A DNA stretch of 20,000 bases from Veleropilina oligotropha. Lineage: Eukaryota. The notes under the pieces were generated by a model that saw nothing but the letters and a program-made list of their open reading frames with translations, was not told the DNA's origin and ran no database searches. Below, one piece after another: positions 1 through 9,884 of this stretch. The stretch is taken from contig JBEUKZ010000099.1 in assembly GCA_048128005.1 (NCBI GenBank), positions 183,156 to 203,155 of the forward strand, in the 5' to 3' direction. How positions within the stretch are numbered: position 1 is the first letter of the stretch; every line of letters begins with the position of its first letter. Made by a program: the position numbers and the translations under genes.

Positions 1-531
1 ATTTCGACCAAGAAATCTGGGAAAACACGCCAGGGATGTTAGTCGGACAGGTAACACGAAAGTGGATGTAGCTCCAGACACCGTGCGGAAGGTATACCTT
101 GTAGGCACTCGTGTCATGGGCAAAACCAGTTATCTGAATATTCCGGACTCAAAGGTCGGCAGACAGAAAACTGCTAGAGTGGTTTTTAGAGGCACCCGAA
201 CCTATGCAGGTTTATTGTGCTATAATATAAAACCTTGACAATTATTAATAGATTGAAGAATATTCAATTATCTTCATCTTGAATTAATAAAAAAATTTGC
301 ATGTCTATCTTGCAAAATGTCAACATGATAACATGTTACTTAAATAATTTTAAGTAGGGAATAATATTGAAAGACATTGAAATGTTCTGCGACAGCAAGT
401 AGAACATTTTTAAAAATAATATTATTTACAAAAAACATTTTTAAGATTTCGTAATATAATGTTTGCATCCAATGTGAGCATTAATGTCAGGGTGCATCGA
501 TTTACCCCAATCGAACCCCAATCGACCTCAA

Positions 532-1194
532 GGCTTAATTGCAATTGCGTACTTCGTTTTTGAGTCTGTCGAAGTCGGGAGCGCAAATGTTGAATTCCGC
601 AGTTACTTTGTGTTGCTATATTTAGACTGTTGTGTAGAAAACTACTAAAACCTCCATGTCTTATATATTTGCCCATGACGCGGCTTCAAGCCCTGATCGG
701 GCATTCATTTGTATTACTATAAGATCAAAGGTTCACTTTCTGATTCCTCATACTTTGTGCTGGTCGGCATACGCCATATAAGGCTCGGTTTCGAGATCAA
801 AGGTTCACTTTCTGCTTCCTCATACTTTGTGCTCGTCGGCATACGCCATATAAATATAAGGCTCGGTTTCAAGATCAGAGGTTGGCACATCTCCAACGGT
901 CGAACTCCAGTCAAAACAATCGCATAACATTAAGCAACTTGCTTGAACTAAACTTTGTTGATAGTTAAGTAGATTTGCGCACACAACGGAACCGACAAGG
1001 ACACTATTTAGCGCAATAAAAATAATTATTACAAAATAAAGATAACATAATTCATTATATATTTGTATTGTTTATCATATTTGCATGCTACCAGTTGGAT
1101 TTAGTTCGTGTAATTAGAACCGTTTCGCGAATTCAATATTTGTGATCCCGACTTCCGCGAACTAAAAAACGATGTACGCAATTGCAATTGGGCC
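532..1194. mobile_element. PIF/Harbinger-like MITE nested in the 490-1280 element
   Basis: ~70-bp imperfect TIRs: ggcttaattgcaattgcgtac... at 532-600 and ...gtacgcaattgcaattgggcc at 1127-1194. Termini are GGC..GCC with flanks caa/taa, compatible with a mutated TWA TSD. Confidence 0.65.
721..883 (+). repeat. Tandem repeat, ~2.2 copies of a 72/78-bp unit
   Basis: Units starting (a/g)agatc(a)aaggtt at 721, 793 and 871. The second unit has a 6-bp insertion. Confidence 0.9.
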
Positions 1195-1407
1195 TAATAT
1201 AATTAAATAAATCATAATGTGCACATTATGGATGTATATTATAGTTGACAGGGGGTCGATTGGGGTAAATCGACGTGCCGTTAATGTCATATTAACTCCG
1301 TTATGACTAGATAATTTCAATTTCTTAATAAATTTAAGAAAAGAAATAACATTGAAGTAAATTCTAAGGGTGTTACAATGTACACAAATAGAAATACATT
1401 ACATTAC

Positions 1408-1827
1408 CAGGGCTCGATTTAGCATTTTAAATCCAGGAGCCCATGGGGCTCCTAGCATTTCAAATCTAGGAGCCCACACTAATTTTCAGGAGCCCTTCTA
1501 ATATTATGCTCGTGCTATTTATACAACATCCATTTTATCTCCCATAAAAGATATGAAAGGAACTCACTATGGATTCCACGTAATATCTCAAAACAAATGT
1601 TATATAATCATTATAAACCTCCTTGACTCAGTTTGTCAGTCTTTTATGCTGAAAATTTGTAATAATAAGAGAATATCATGTTTATTATATATTCAGGTTC
1701 TTCTAAATCCTATGAAGTACTTACAAATTTATAGGAGCCAGAAGGACTACCTCACCCTAGAATCTAGGAGCCCCATGCCATTTCTAGGAGCCTGGGGCTC
1801 CAGGACTACCATATAAATCGAGCCCTG
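1408..1827. mobile_element. hAT-like MITE with 5-bp TSD (hAT5-like)
   Basis: Perfect 14-bp TIR cagggctcgattta / taaatcgagccctg. TSD attac at 1403-1407 and 1828-1832. Many subterminal aggagcc/ggctcc motifs at both ends. Confidence 0.9.
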
Positions 1828-1863
1828 ATTACCTCAGTTCCCTGGTAATAAACAGTTTACCAT

Positions 1864-2935
1864 TCACTGAAAGGATGACCTAGATCCTCGAATACATTGC
1901 TGATTGGCTGCGACAAAGGAGATGCTATGTTCGCCAGATGCCGTGGTTGCGTAGTCACGCAGGTAAAAGCGAACGAATGTATTGGCACTCTTCCAATAAC
2001 CAGCCTTCAAGATTGCATTGATATTTAAATTATACTTGAAGGCCAAAGAGGTCGCTAAGGCCCGTGTTTGTTGCGTGTGAATTGAACGAGATCTCGATCT
2101 GGCTCGTCGGACCGCTTGTAAATTTCTTTTACAACAGAGACTATCCAACGTGACACAGTCGATTTGCGAATGTCGCGGTTGAATTGAGACATGTGGCTTA
2201 TGAATAAACGCTTTTTGCCGTGCCGTAGGTCACGGGTCCGGTCCAGATAGAATTTCAGCGCACGAACGGGGCAATTCAGCCGGTCGATATCGTCTCTACC
2301 CAACATGGAGAGGCTACGGATACAAACCTCGGGACAGATATCTTCAGGTCTTTGTGTCTTCGCTAGGAAGCCAAGGACAGTATGCAGCGTCAACGACCCA
2401 TCGGTGTGGAAGTGTATATCTCGCAGCTCTCCGGATAATGCGTGTATCTCCGATGCCCGATTACCGGTCGCGAGAGCGGTAAGTAGTACGGTCTTATAAG
2501 TGAGATTTTTGAGGGAGCATTCACTCATAGGCTCGAATGGACATCTAAGTAAAGCATTGAGAATCAACATGATATTCCACGCAGGCGGTCGCACCTGCTG
2601 AATAGGGCGTTCGAGTTGGTAGGAGCATATAAAATCCGATATTGTTTTGTCGGTAGACAAGCGGGTGTGCTCGCGGCATTGTCGTAACGTCGTTGCTACA
2701 CATGATCGGTAGCCTTTGACCGCGGAAATAGACATTCCACGTTCGAGCAACGACGACAAAAACTCGATAAATTTTGTCACAGGGGGGCGGAATATATTGA
2801 CTTGCCGCCCGCGACACCAATCCACAAATTTCTTCCATCGGTAATCGTATACCTTTGTTGTAGATTGCCTTCTAGATCGGTAGATGCGCTGGGCTGTCGC
2901 TCTAGAAAGCCTTTCTTAATGAGCGATCTCTCGAT
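1864..2935 (-). pseudogene. DIRS tyrosine recombinase (YR), frameshifted
   Basis: ORF 2055-2825 has the N-terminal region (Y..RWKKFVDWC, VKGYRS), PAWN, LATGNRASE (catalytic R), FLAKT (K) and CPVRALKFYL. ORF 1864-2148 continues with QQTRALATS, AGYWKS and TFVRFY (catalytic Y). Frameshifts lie at ~2905 (KKGF/SRATAQ) and ~2100. Confidence 0.9.
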
Positions 2936-3345
2936 AGTCGCCAGGCGTGAAAGTGAAACTCGTTCGCCGACGGGTGTAGAACCCGACTGCGCGGTTGCGA
3001 TAACAGGTCTGTCATCTGCGGGAGCGCTAGTGGCTGATCGATGAGTAGATCCAGAAGTGTCGGAAACCAGGACTGCGTGCGTTGTAGGGGTGCTATTAGC
3101 GTCAACTCGCAGTCTTCGCGTGTTGCTTTCCTTAGTACTTGTAGCAGCATGCACGACGGTGGAAAGGCGTAGGCGATCAGATTCTCCCATGTCATTGACA
3201 GAGCGTCGACCGCTATAGCGGCCGGGTCCCGGTAAGGAGACACATAGAGAGGGAGTCGGTGATTGTATTCGGTTGCGAATAGATCGACTTGAGGCTGCGA
3301 CCACAGGCGACAGACATCTCGGGCTACACGGGCGTGTAGCATCCA
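2902..3345 (-). pseudogene. DIRS pol C-terminal DNA N6-adenine methyltransferase-like (Dam-like, MT) domain
   Basis: W..L...W..PQVDLFATEYN..LP.YVSP..D..A.AVDALSM.W....YAFPP....VL.K.......LIAP.....WFP.L...HAWRLS are the typical motifs of the DIRS1 MT domain. Confidence 0.88.
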
Positions 3346-3520
3346 CTGACAGGTAGACGGCTTCTAACTCGAGAAAGTTTATGTGTCGTCCCTGCAGGTC
3401 CGTCGGCCAAAGGCCCGATGTCTCATGACTGTCGAGGTGACCTCCCCAGTCCTCGTTTGACGCGTCCGTGAAGAGGTAGGCGTTCGGTTCTGGAGGGGAT
3501 ATCGGAACCGACTGACTCGG
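3346..3520 (-). pseudogene. DIRS RNase H, N-terminal half only
   Basis: LFTDASNEDWGGH...SGLW...HINFLELEAVYL is present. The downstream SDN and N..AD.LSR motifs are absent because of a deletion at ~3347. Confidence 0.85.
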
Positions 3521-3599
3521 CAGGGTCGTGTTCAGCCACACTGCTGTCGTGCGAGTGAACCAATGCCGTAGATCGATGCGATCCGTCCACTGTCCCGTG

Positions 3600-4630
3600 C
3601 TACCGACACGATGTGCCCTAGGACAGTGGCCAGTCGTTGCGCTGTAGTTATCCGTGAAGACTTCGTTTTCAGTATAACTGTGCGTAGGTTCTCTATACGT
3701 TTCTGAGTCGGTTTCGCGGTGTACCGGACCGTGTCGAATTAGACTCCTAGAAATGTAAACGTCGTCGAGGGCACGAAGCAGGATTTCTCGTTGTTGATCT
3801 GTAATCCTAGGCGCTTCGCCGATGACAGGGTAACGCTCATAGACTGGAGGCACTGATCCCGGGATGCCCCGAGAACCAACCAGTCGTCGAGGTACATGTG
3901 TACTCTGTGCCCTGGTGAGTGTAGGAAGGCCCCGAGAGCCTGTACTACCCGCGTGAAGACGTACGGGGCTGACGATAGACCGAACGGTAGACACCTGAAT
4001 TGGTAGACCGTTCCCCCGTGGACAAACCGTAGGTACCGGTGAGCCGAGACGTGCATCGGAACGTAGGTACATGTGTACTCTGTGCCCTTGCGAGTGTAGG
4101 AAGGCCCCGAGAGCCTGTACTACCCGCGTGAAGACGTACGGGGCTGACGATAGACCGAACGGTAGACACCTGAATTGGTAGACCGTTCCCCCGTGGACAA
4201 ACCGTAGGTACCGGTGAGCCGAGACGTGCATCGGAACGTGTAGGTACGCATCGGTCAAGTCGATAGACGCTGCCCAGTCGCCCGGACGGATGGCCGTTCG
4301 TATCGTCGAGAGTGTTTCTTGCTTGAACTTCTCGGTACGAAGATACTGGTTGAGGAATGACAGATCGAGGATCGGTCGCCAACGGCCATCGGGTTTCGAG
4401 ACCAGGAAAAAGTGGCTGTAATATCCTGGTGTGCTGGGCGGCGCGGGATAGATCGCTCTTTTTGAGAGTAAGTCCCGCACTGCCTGGTCTAGGACGGCTT
4501 GTTTTTCTCTTATCAGGAGACGAGCGCGTCCTGGTGGTGGTGTCGCGTCTAGGGTTGGATGCCGGTCGAATGCCAACTTGTATCCGGCACTCACGACTGA
4601 GTTAACCCAGTTGTCCTCTGTCATTTCTAG
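3600..4630 (-). pseudogene. DIRS reverse transcriptase, disrupted by a 175-bp duplication and a stop codon
   Basis: Motifs WV..V..GYKL, YYSHFFLVSKPDGRWRPILDL, SIDLTDAYLHVP, YQFRCLPFGLSSAPYVFTR, MYLDDWL (YLDD at 3883-3894), LGLQIN.EKS and FTFLG. In-frame TAA at 3739. Confidence 0.95.
3890..4239. repeat. Tandem duplication, 2 x 175 bp, within RT
   Basis: 3890-4064 and 4065-4239 are identical except two substitutions (ccctggtgag vs cccttgcgag). Confidence 0.97.
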
Positions 4631-6592
4631 CCGAAGAGAGTAGAGGCCGACAACGGTACGCAACGTAGCGACTGCCGGGTGGCGTCGTCTAACGTGGTGC
4701 CATCTAGGCATGCGTCTCTACGAAGTAGAACCGCGTTACCTAAGGATCGGGCTGACTCCGACGCAGAGTTCTCCGTGGAGGCGGCAACCTCTTCGAGGAA
4801 GGACAGTGCGATCTCTCGAGCGCGGGGTCCATCCTCTTGTAGTACGGTAATAGCTCCGTCCAAGAAGAAATCCTGGATGGAGGCATGCCGTAGAGCTCGA
4901 CGGGCGGAGCTCTCAAAGCCCTCCATGGCGGCCCATGGGACTTTGACTACCGAGGGAGCTGTGCATCGCTGCATCGATCTGAACTGGCTCAGTCGCCAGA
5001 CACGTCCCAGAGCACGCGATCGGAATCGGACGCCTACTGGGCCGGAGGTACCTTCCCTTACGCAGACCACTAGGGTACTCCGTTAACGAGGAAGTCTCCA
5101 CCGATTTGGACCCCTGAATGGATTTGGTCGCCGAGTCGAGGACAAGCGAGACCAACCCAGACTGGGGGAGGGTAGGAAGCAGATGGGGCTTCCGTCCCAA
5201 CAAACCGACGTGCCGCTGTCCTGTGCCTGACTACGCTTACCGGCAGAGCCGGGTCGAGCAAGTCAAGCACCCCGCGAAGCGACGCGACAGCGTCGTACCT
5301 TCGGCGGGTGGCGGAGACGGCTTCATGCGTGCCAGAAAGACGAGTCGTCTGGTCCGACCGATTCAGGGAGGTCAGAGCGAGTAGAAGTGCTGTCCTCGTC
5401 GGAACGAGGATCTACTTCCATCACCGAAGCATGAGCCGAGCCCGGCGTTACGGTCAGAGACGCTGGGACCTGGGGCGGCTGGGTAGCCGGTAGCCAGAAC
5501 CTACAACGTGACTCGACTTCCGCCGCAATCATAGCCTGGACGTTCTCGAACGAGAAACCCGGAGGCATGACGGACGTCGGACCAACAGCCATAGGTCCGC
5601 TCGAGGTTACCGTAGCGCTTGGTGGATGGGCTGCACGGACAGGTGGAGCCGAGAACCAGGGTCTCGGGGTACCTGTCGGGAAACCGCTACCAGGGAACCG
5701 GCCCAAAGGCACGTTAACTGGTGCGAACGGCCCGTAGGACTGCGACCACAGTCCATACGGGTCTGTAACCCTGCTCGAGTGAGGCACGTGGGAATACCCG
5801 CCGTACACCTCAGCCCCGAGCGCAGCCGATCCTACCACACCACCTAGGACGTCTTGAAAAGAACCGTCGGAGGTAATGGGCCTTCCATCGTTCTCGTGGG
5901 CTCCGACGGTGGCGGGATTAGTTTTTACACTAGCGCCGTTGTCGGACGAGAGGACGGGTTTCGTCGAGCGTCTGGAACTTCGACCACTTTCGTGGTGCCC
6001 AGCAACTATATTTTTCTGCCAGTCGTTTCGATTCTTGTTCAGAAGCTACTAAACCCGCAGAAGGACTAACGCTGCCTTGCTCCTCCGAGGTCGGAGGAGA
6101 GGAAAGGTTTTGTCTGCCCTGTTCAGCTTTTCGCCGCAGCGCTCGACGTATCTTACTGGCCGGCAAGATACTATGAGCAGCGGTTACTAGGCCCAAAGGA
6201 GATGAGTCGGACTGCACTCGGGCTCTTACCTGAATCTGGGACCCCGACGAAGATTCTGGGACTTTCCCCAAAGTCTCAGAGGTTCCGTCGGCGGATCCCG
6301 TGACAGCTGCTGTCCCAACACGGCTATCACCGAGAGGATCTGAAAGAGAAATAATAGAGTCAAAGCCTGTCTCTAATCTCTGAAGCTTCTCGGTGGATGT
6401 CCCATCGGGAGAAGATGCCCTGGTCGTCTTCTCCGTTGGGAAAAGAATCTCCCACTGCCGATTCGTCAATACGGAACAATGCTCACACGGATGCTTTTTA
6501 TCACTAAAACAAACGCGGTGAAAAGTGCATTCGGAGTGCCTGTCAAAACCACGGATTTTCTGTCTGCACCCGGAAACACTGCAATGCACCAT
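4627..6592 (-). pseudogene. DIRS gag-like ORF1, fragmented
   Basis: ATG at 6592 starts MVHCSVSGC...DRHSECTFHRVC..HPCEHC....QW, a DIRS gag Cys/His finger. The middle is Ser/Pro-rich (5323-5838). The C-terminal GNAVLLRRDACL...LRCVPL...LFG motif is typical of DIRS gag. There are several stops and frameshifts. Confidence 0.85.
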
Positions 6593-7140
6593 AGCTACGT
6601 ACACGGGTAGGTAGGAGATAGGGGTATGAAGCAGGCCTTGAAATTTCAAAATTCTGCGTAACCAGTTTATCGTTCACGTCATTTTCTCCTGCGTAACCCA
6701 TCGTTAGGTTACGCAAACGTATTTTGCGTAACCCATTTTGTTATTGCTATACAGTTGTATCGTATATTGTATAAAAGTTGCTATATTATGCACATCTTGC
6801 AAATATTGTGTCACGAAAGTTTAGCACGACCTATAAATACTCGAGGGAATGCATATATTCCAATTTTGGTGAAATTTAATCCAGTAGTTTTCAAATAAAT
6901 CGAGGGTATATTATATATATTATATATATATATATGTATGTGTGTTTGCATGCAGCACACATGCATTGTATACATACATATAAAGTCAATTCAGTGTTCA
7001 CTATTATATTTCTTGTAAATATAAAATAACTTTTTATTTTGTCATCATGTTCATGCATTATTATTTTTTATATTGCTTAATTTGTTGTTTTCTCTTTCTG
7101 TGCCCTTTCATTTCATAAACTTTGACCTTTCTTATTGTTG

Positions 7141-7305
7141 TCAGTGCCCAGGACTGTGTTTTGCAACATGTATGCAAATTAGGGATGGTGCTTGTGACTG
7201 TTTCCTCAGATCTGATAAACTCTTGCCTTTGATCTCTGGAGCAAATTTGGCTGTTCCGTCTATTAACGTTACTGGAACAGCCGAGGGGGAGAGAAACCCA
7301 GACAT
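7141..7305 (-). pseudogene. Possible decayed hAT transposase fragment
   Basis: A 54-codon minus frame reads MSGFLSPSAVPVTLIDGTAKFAPEIKGKSLSDLRKQSQAPSLICIHVAKH. By eye this loosely resembles the hAT DG(A)...P.L..IHC..H segment. Confidence 0.25.
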
Positions 7306-7745
7306 GGCTAGCCACCATTAGTAGGGACTGTTTTGTCTGCTGGATTGCCACGAATTTATAACATTTTCATTGAGTAAAGACTGCATAATATTTACAGCAT
7401 GAAGGTATTATTAGGTAACTTTATCCATGGTATTTCAATAGAATATCTATCTATATGCAATATATTCCTGTAGTGGTATATTTTGCGTTTTGCCAAAGAA
7501 TGTTTTTGCCCAGACAGTTCTTAGAAACGAAACCCTGATTACAGTATATGCACACGGACCATTTGATAATGTCTTGTCATTTTTGGGGCCTTAACTAGTA
7601 TTTTTTATAAACATTTAATCAAAAATGTGTTGTGACCAACTAATTTGTCATTTGCGGCACGTGATACTGTTTCATGTTCCTTCGATGTATTGTATTTAGG
7701 TCTATGGATGTATCGACACAATATAAAAGGGAGATAATTTCGAAC

Positions 7746-7761
7746 TGCCACCAGGGGGCAG
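7746..7761 (+). promoter_or_regulatory. CTCF-like motif inside the hAT6-like element
   Basis: tgccaccagggggcag matches the CTCF core CCASYAGRKGGCRS. Confidence 0.4.
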
Positions 7762-8640
7762 ACATGAAAATGACTGACAGCTGACAGGATTTCCCAGTCT
7801 CTGCAGTAATGGTTTCGCTTTACAAACACGCGTGTTGGTTAACACATTTTATCAGATGCCACAGGAGAGGATTATTGATAAATAAACAGATAGGTACTAC
7901 TCTAGAATTGATTAAATAGCGTACATTTACCTTCATGTATAGTTAGGAATGTTCGTTAAAAGGGGAATTTACTAAATTTGTCAAGCTTATTTTGAGGTTT
8001 CATTAAAGTATATAAACGTATATATTTCACGCGAACGGTTTTCCGTTCGCGGGTATTTTGTTTTGCGTAACCGGTACGCGAACGAAACGATCGTTCTCGC
8101 CAATTTTCAAGGCCTGATGAAGTGATAAGGGTATTTCTACGGGTAGTTTACCAAAATACTACTACAACCTCGATTGTACCTGATCCGAGAGTTGGAAAAG
8201 GCTGAAATACACTCAAAACTTCCGGCGGATTATACGCCCAAACACAGACTTTGGTAAACTTTTTATCACAAGTCGGCCAACGAATTGAAAAACGGGAGGT
8301 CTTTCTTTTACAAGAAACCGCCCTTCACACCTAAAAACCTCTTGGATGTATATATATCAATTTGTTAGAATTCGGCGTGTTATCCCCGACTTAGCAGATT
8401 TACCAAAATAACGCTAGTTAAATTCTAAACAATCTGATTTTCAACGACGATAAATTTGATTACATAAATTTATAGCAAGAAAAACGTCGTTGAGGAAATT
8501 ATATCATATATAAACGAATTGTAATGCAAATCAAGCAATATCAATAATACAACTCTCTCCTGACTCCTTAGTAATTGCTAAGGAGCTTCATTCTTTAAAT
8601 ATCCCTCTGAGCGTCCTCTATACTTTCTTTTCAGAATTTC

Positions 8641-8937
8641 AAGATGGCGTCGTCAGTGGAGGGTGTTGATTTCCGATTTTCTGTCTGTACTCGACAGAAA
8701 AACTTCTAAGGTCTTAATCAGGAGGAAAACTCTCGAATTTTCCACTACACGTGTTTAACACACTACAATCGATCTTATGAGCTTAATGATTAATAAATCT
8801 GGCTCTAAAAAGATCGAATTCACATCAAATGATGGAGCAAAGAAAAACGCGACTGTCTAAGATGGCGGAAAACTTCGGATGAGGTCATGACCTTTTGGTC
8901 ACGAGGATCTCGCGGGAGTTGGCGAGCTCTTTATAAG
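8641..8937 (-). promoter_or_regulatory. Putative DIRS 5' promoter region (TATA-like box plus YY1-like motifs)
   Basis: Minus-strand TTATAAAG at ~8929-8936. CCGCCATCTT (8859-8868) and ACGCCATCTT (8641-8650) lie downstream, both oriented toward gag. Confidence 0.35.
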
Positions 8938-9504
8938 GCATGAACTTGAGGAGGTCGCACAGGTCAGTGGGTCAACTGGGTTCAATTTACTAAAAGTGCG
9001 AAAATTACCGTTTCCACCTTGTCCGGATTTAGCGATAATAGGCTTATTATGGCATTAGTAAGGACGTAAGTATATTTGATATAGATATATTTATATATAG
9101 GCTTATGAATACTTTTTAGATGTGCCATAACCTAATTTGATAGATACATCGCTAATTTATGCAATAAGCCGCTAGTGGGAATAGCCATGCAAATACGTCC
9201 GGTTTACCGAAGCAGTAATTACATTATTTCAATCGCAAATTACAGGTATTTTTGAAACAATTATAATTCAATGATACAGTGACAGTGTTTGTTACTAAAT
9301 AGCATAATAGATATGGGATATTGCATGTAAAGGCAACAAATTATATTACAGAAGTTGTTGCTGCTTGAAAAATAGGACAGACAAGTGGTGAAAGTGACCT
9401 ACATTTTTGTTCAATGAGATTAAGAGCGCGAAATTTGATTGTAGTGGACAAGAGTTTCAAAACTGGATATAACTATACTCCTCCGTTCCTGCGTCCCAAA
9501 AAGT

Positions 9505-9621
9505 AAAATTCAATGACTTTTCCAAAACTTTATGACCAAATGCCAGGTTTTCAAGGGCCTTCAAATGGAATCAATAAAATTCCATGCCTTTCAAGGATTT
9601 GCAGGACATGTGCGAACCCCG
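9505..9621. repeat. Isolated right end of a hAT-like MITE
   Basis: Degenerate ttc(c/a)a(t)g/ttcaagg subterminal repeats end in gtgcgaaccccg (cf. ...aaccctg). No matching left end or TSD was found. Confidence 0.35.
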
Positions 9622-9698
9622 ATATACGTATTGATTAGCCCTATAGCACGGATGTGTTCATAATGATGACTTGCTCTAAGCGACCTGCGTCCACCTAC

Positions 9699-9884
9699 CC
9701 CTGGAGGAGATCTGTTGTATTTGAGGCAGAGCATCGCTGGACATGGGGATGATGTTCATATCATCCAGCGCGTCGGCGTCCTCTTCTGTAATGATGATCG
9801 ACTCGGACAGCGACTCAACGCCCGCATCATATTCATCCACTTTCAGGCTCTCCAACCATTCTGGCAGACCTCCAAAACTCTGGT
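9699..9884 (-). CDS. Internal coding exon of an unidentified host gene (acidic segment)
   Basis: Acceptor ttatataattatag| and donor G|gtaggt bound a 186-nt phase 1-1 exon. Its open frame is (D)QSFGGLPEWLESLKVDEYDAGVESLSESIIITEEDADALDDMNIIPMSSDALPQIQQISSR(G). It is GC-richer than its flanks and in phase with the 16560-16698 exon. Confidence 0.78.

Larger units (their letters stand above)
490..1280. mobile_element. Non-autonomous TIR DNA transposon with 9-bp TSD (MULE-like, tentative)
   Basis: ~30-bp imperfect TIRs at 490-519 and 1251-1280 share an 18-bp perfect core (tcgatttaccccaatcga). The direct repeat ttaatgtca flanks the element at 481-489 and 1281-1289. Confidence 0.75.
6632..8116. mobile_element. 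hAT-like non-autonomous element with 6-bp TSD (hAT6-like), inserted in the DIRS leader
   Basis: TIR caggccttgaaa / tttcaaggcctg (12 bp perfect, 14/16). TSD atgaag at 6626-6631 and 8117-8122. Subterminal gcgtaacc/cgcgaac repeats at both ends. Confidence 0.88.
1833..9078 (-). mobile_element. DIRS1-like tyrosine-recombinase retrotransposon, degenerate (both boundaries approximate)
   Basis: Minus-strand domain order gag (Cys/His finger) - RT (YLDD) - RNase H (FTDAS, LELEAV) - Dam-like MT (DLFA, YAFPP) - YR, which is the DIRS1/PAT-group architecture. The coding block is GC-rich relative to its flanks. The leader is interrupted by the 6632-8116 insertion. No terminal repeat pair was found inside the window. 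Confidence 0.93.

Noticed and set aside
1..201. Next host exon on the minus strand (acceptor-like ctgcatag at ~202)
   Set aside because: All three frames hit stops within ~25 codons and no donor is evident. It may be DIRS 3' sequence or a terminal exon, but this is unsupported.
1864..4630. Prokaryotic integrase + Dam methylase + RT module (prophage, retron or DGR-like system) or horizontal transfer
   Set aside because: Domain order and motifs match eukaryotic DIRS1 retrotransposons. The near-identical repeat lies inside RT and lacks the adenine-specific TR/VR pattern of a DGR. The context is a spliced animal gene with animal TEs.
2777..4711. 644-aa ORF as an intact pol protein
   Set aside because: It is a chance chimera of frames. 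It leaves the RT frame at the duplication junction (~4065, before DD), re-enters at RNase H and leaves again at the 3347 deletion.
2305..6069. Plus-strand ORFs antisense to the DIRS coding region
   Set aside because: These are short shadow ORFs expected in GC-rich coding DNA and show no recognisable motifs.
6593..6649. N-terminal extension of gag (MKFQGLLH...)
   Set aside because: The listed start lies inside the TIR of the inserted hAT-like element. The likely start is the ATG at 6592.
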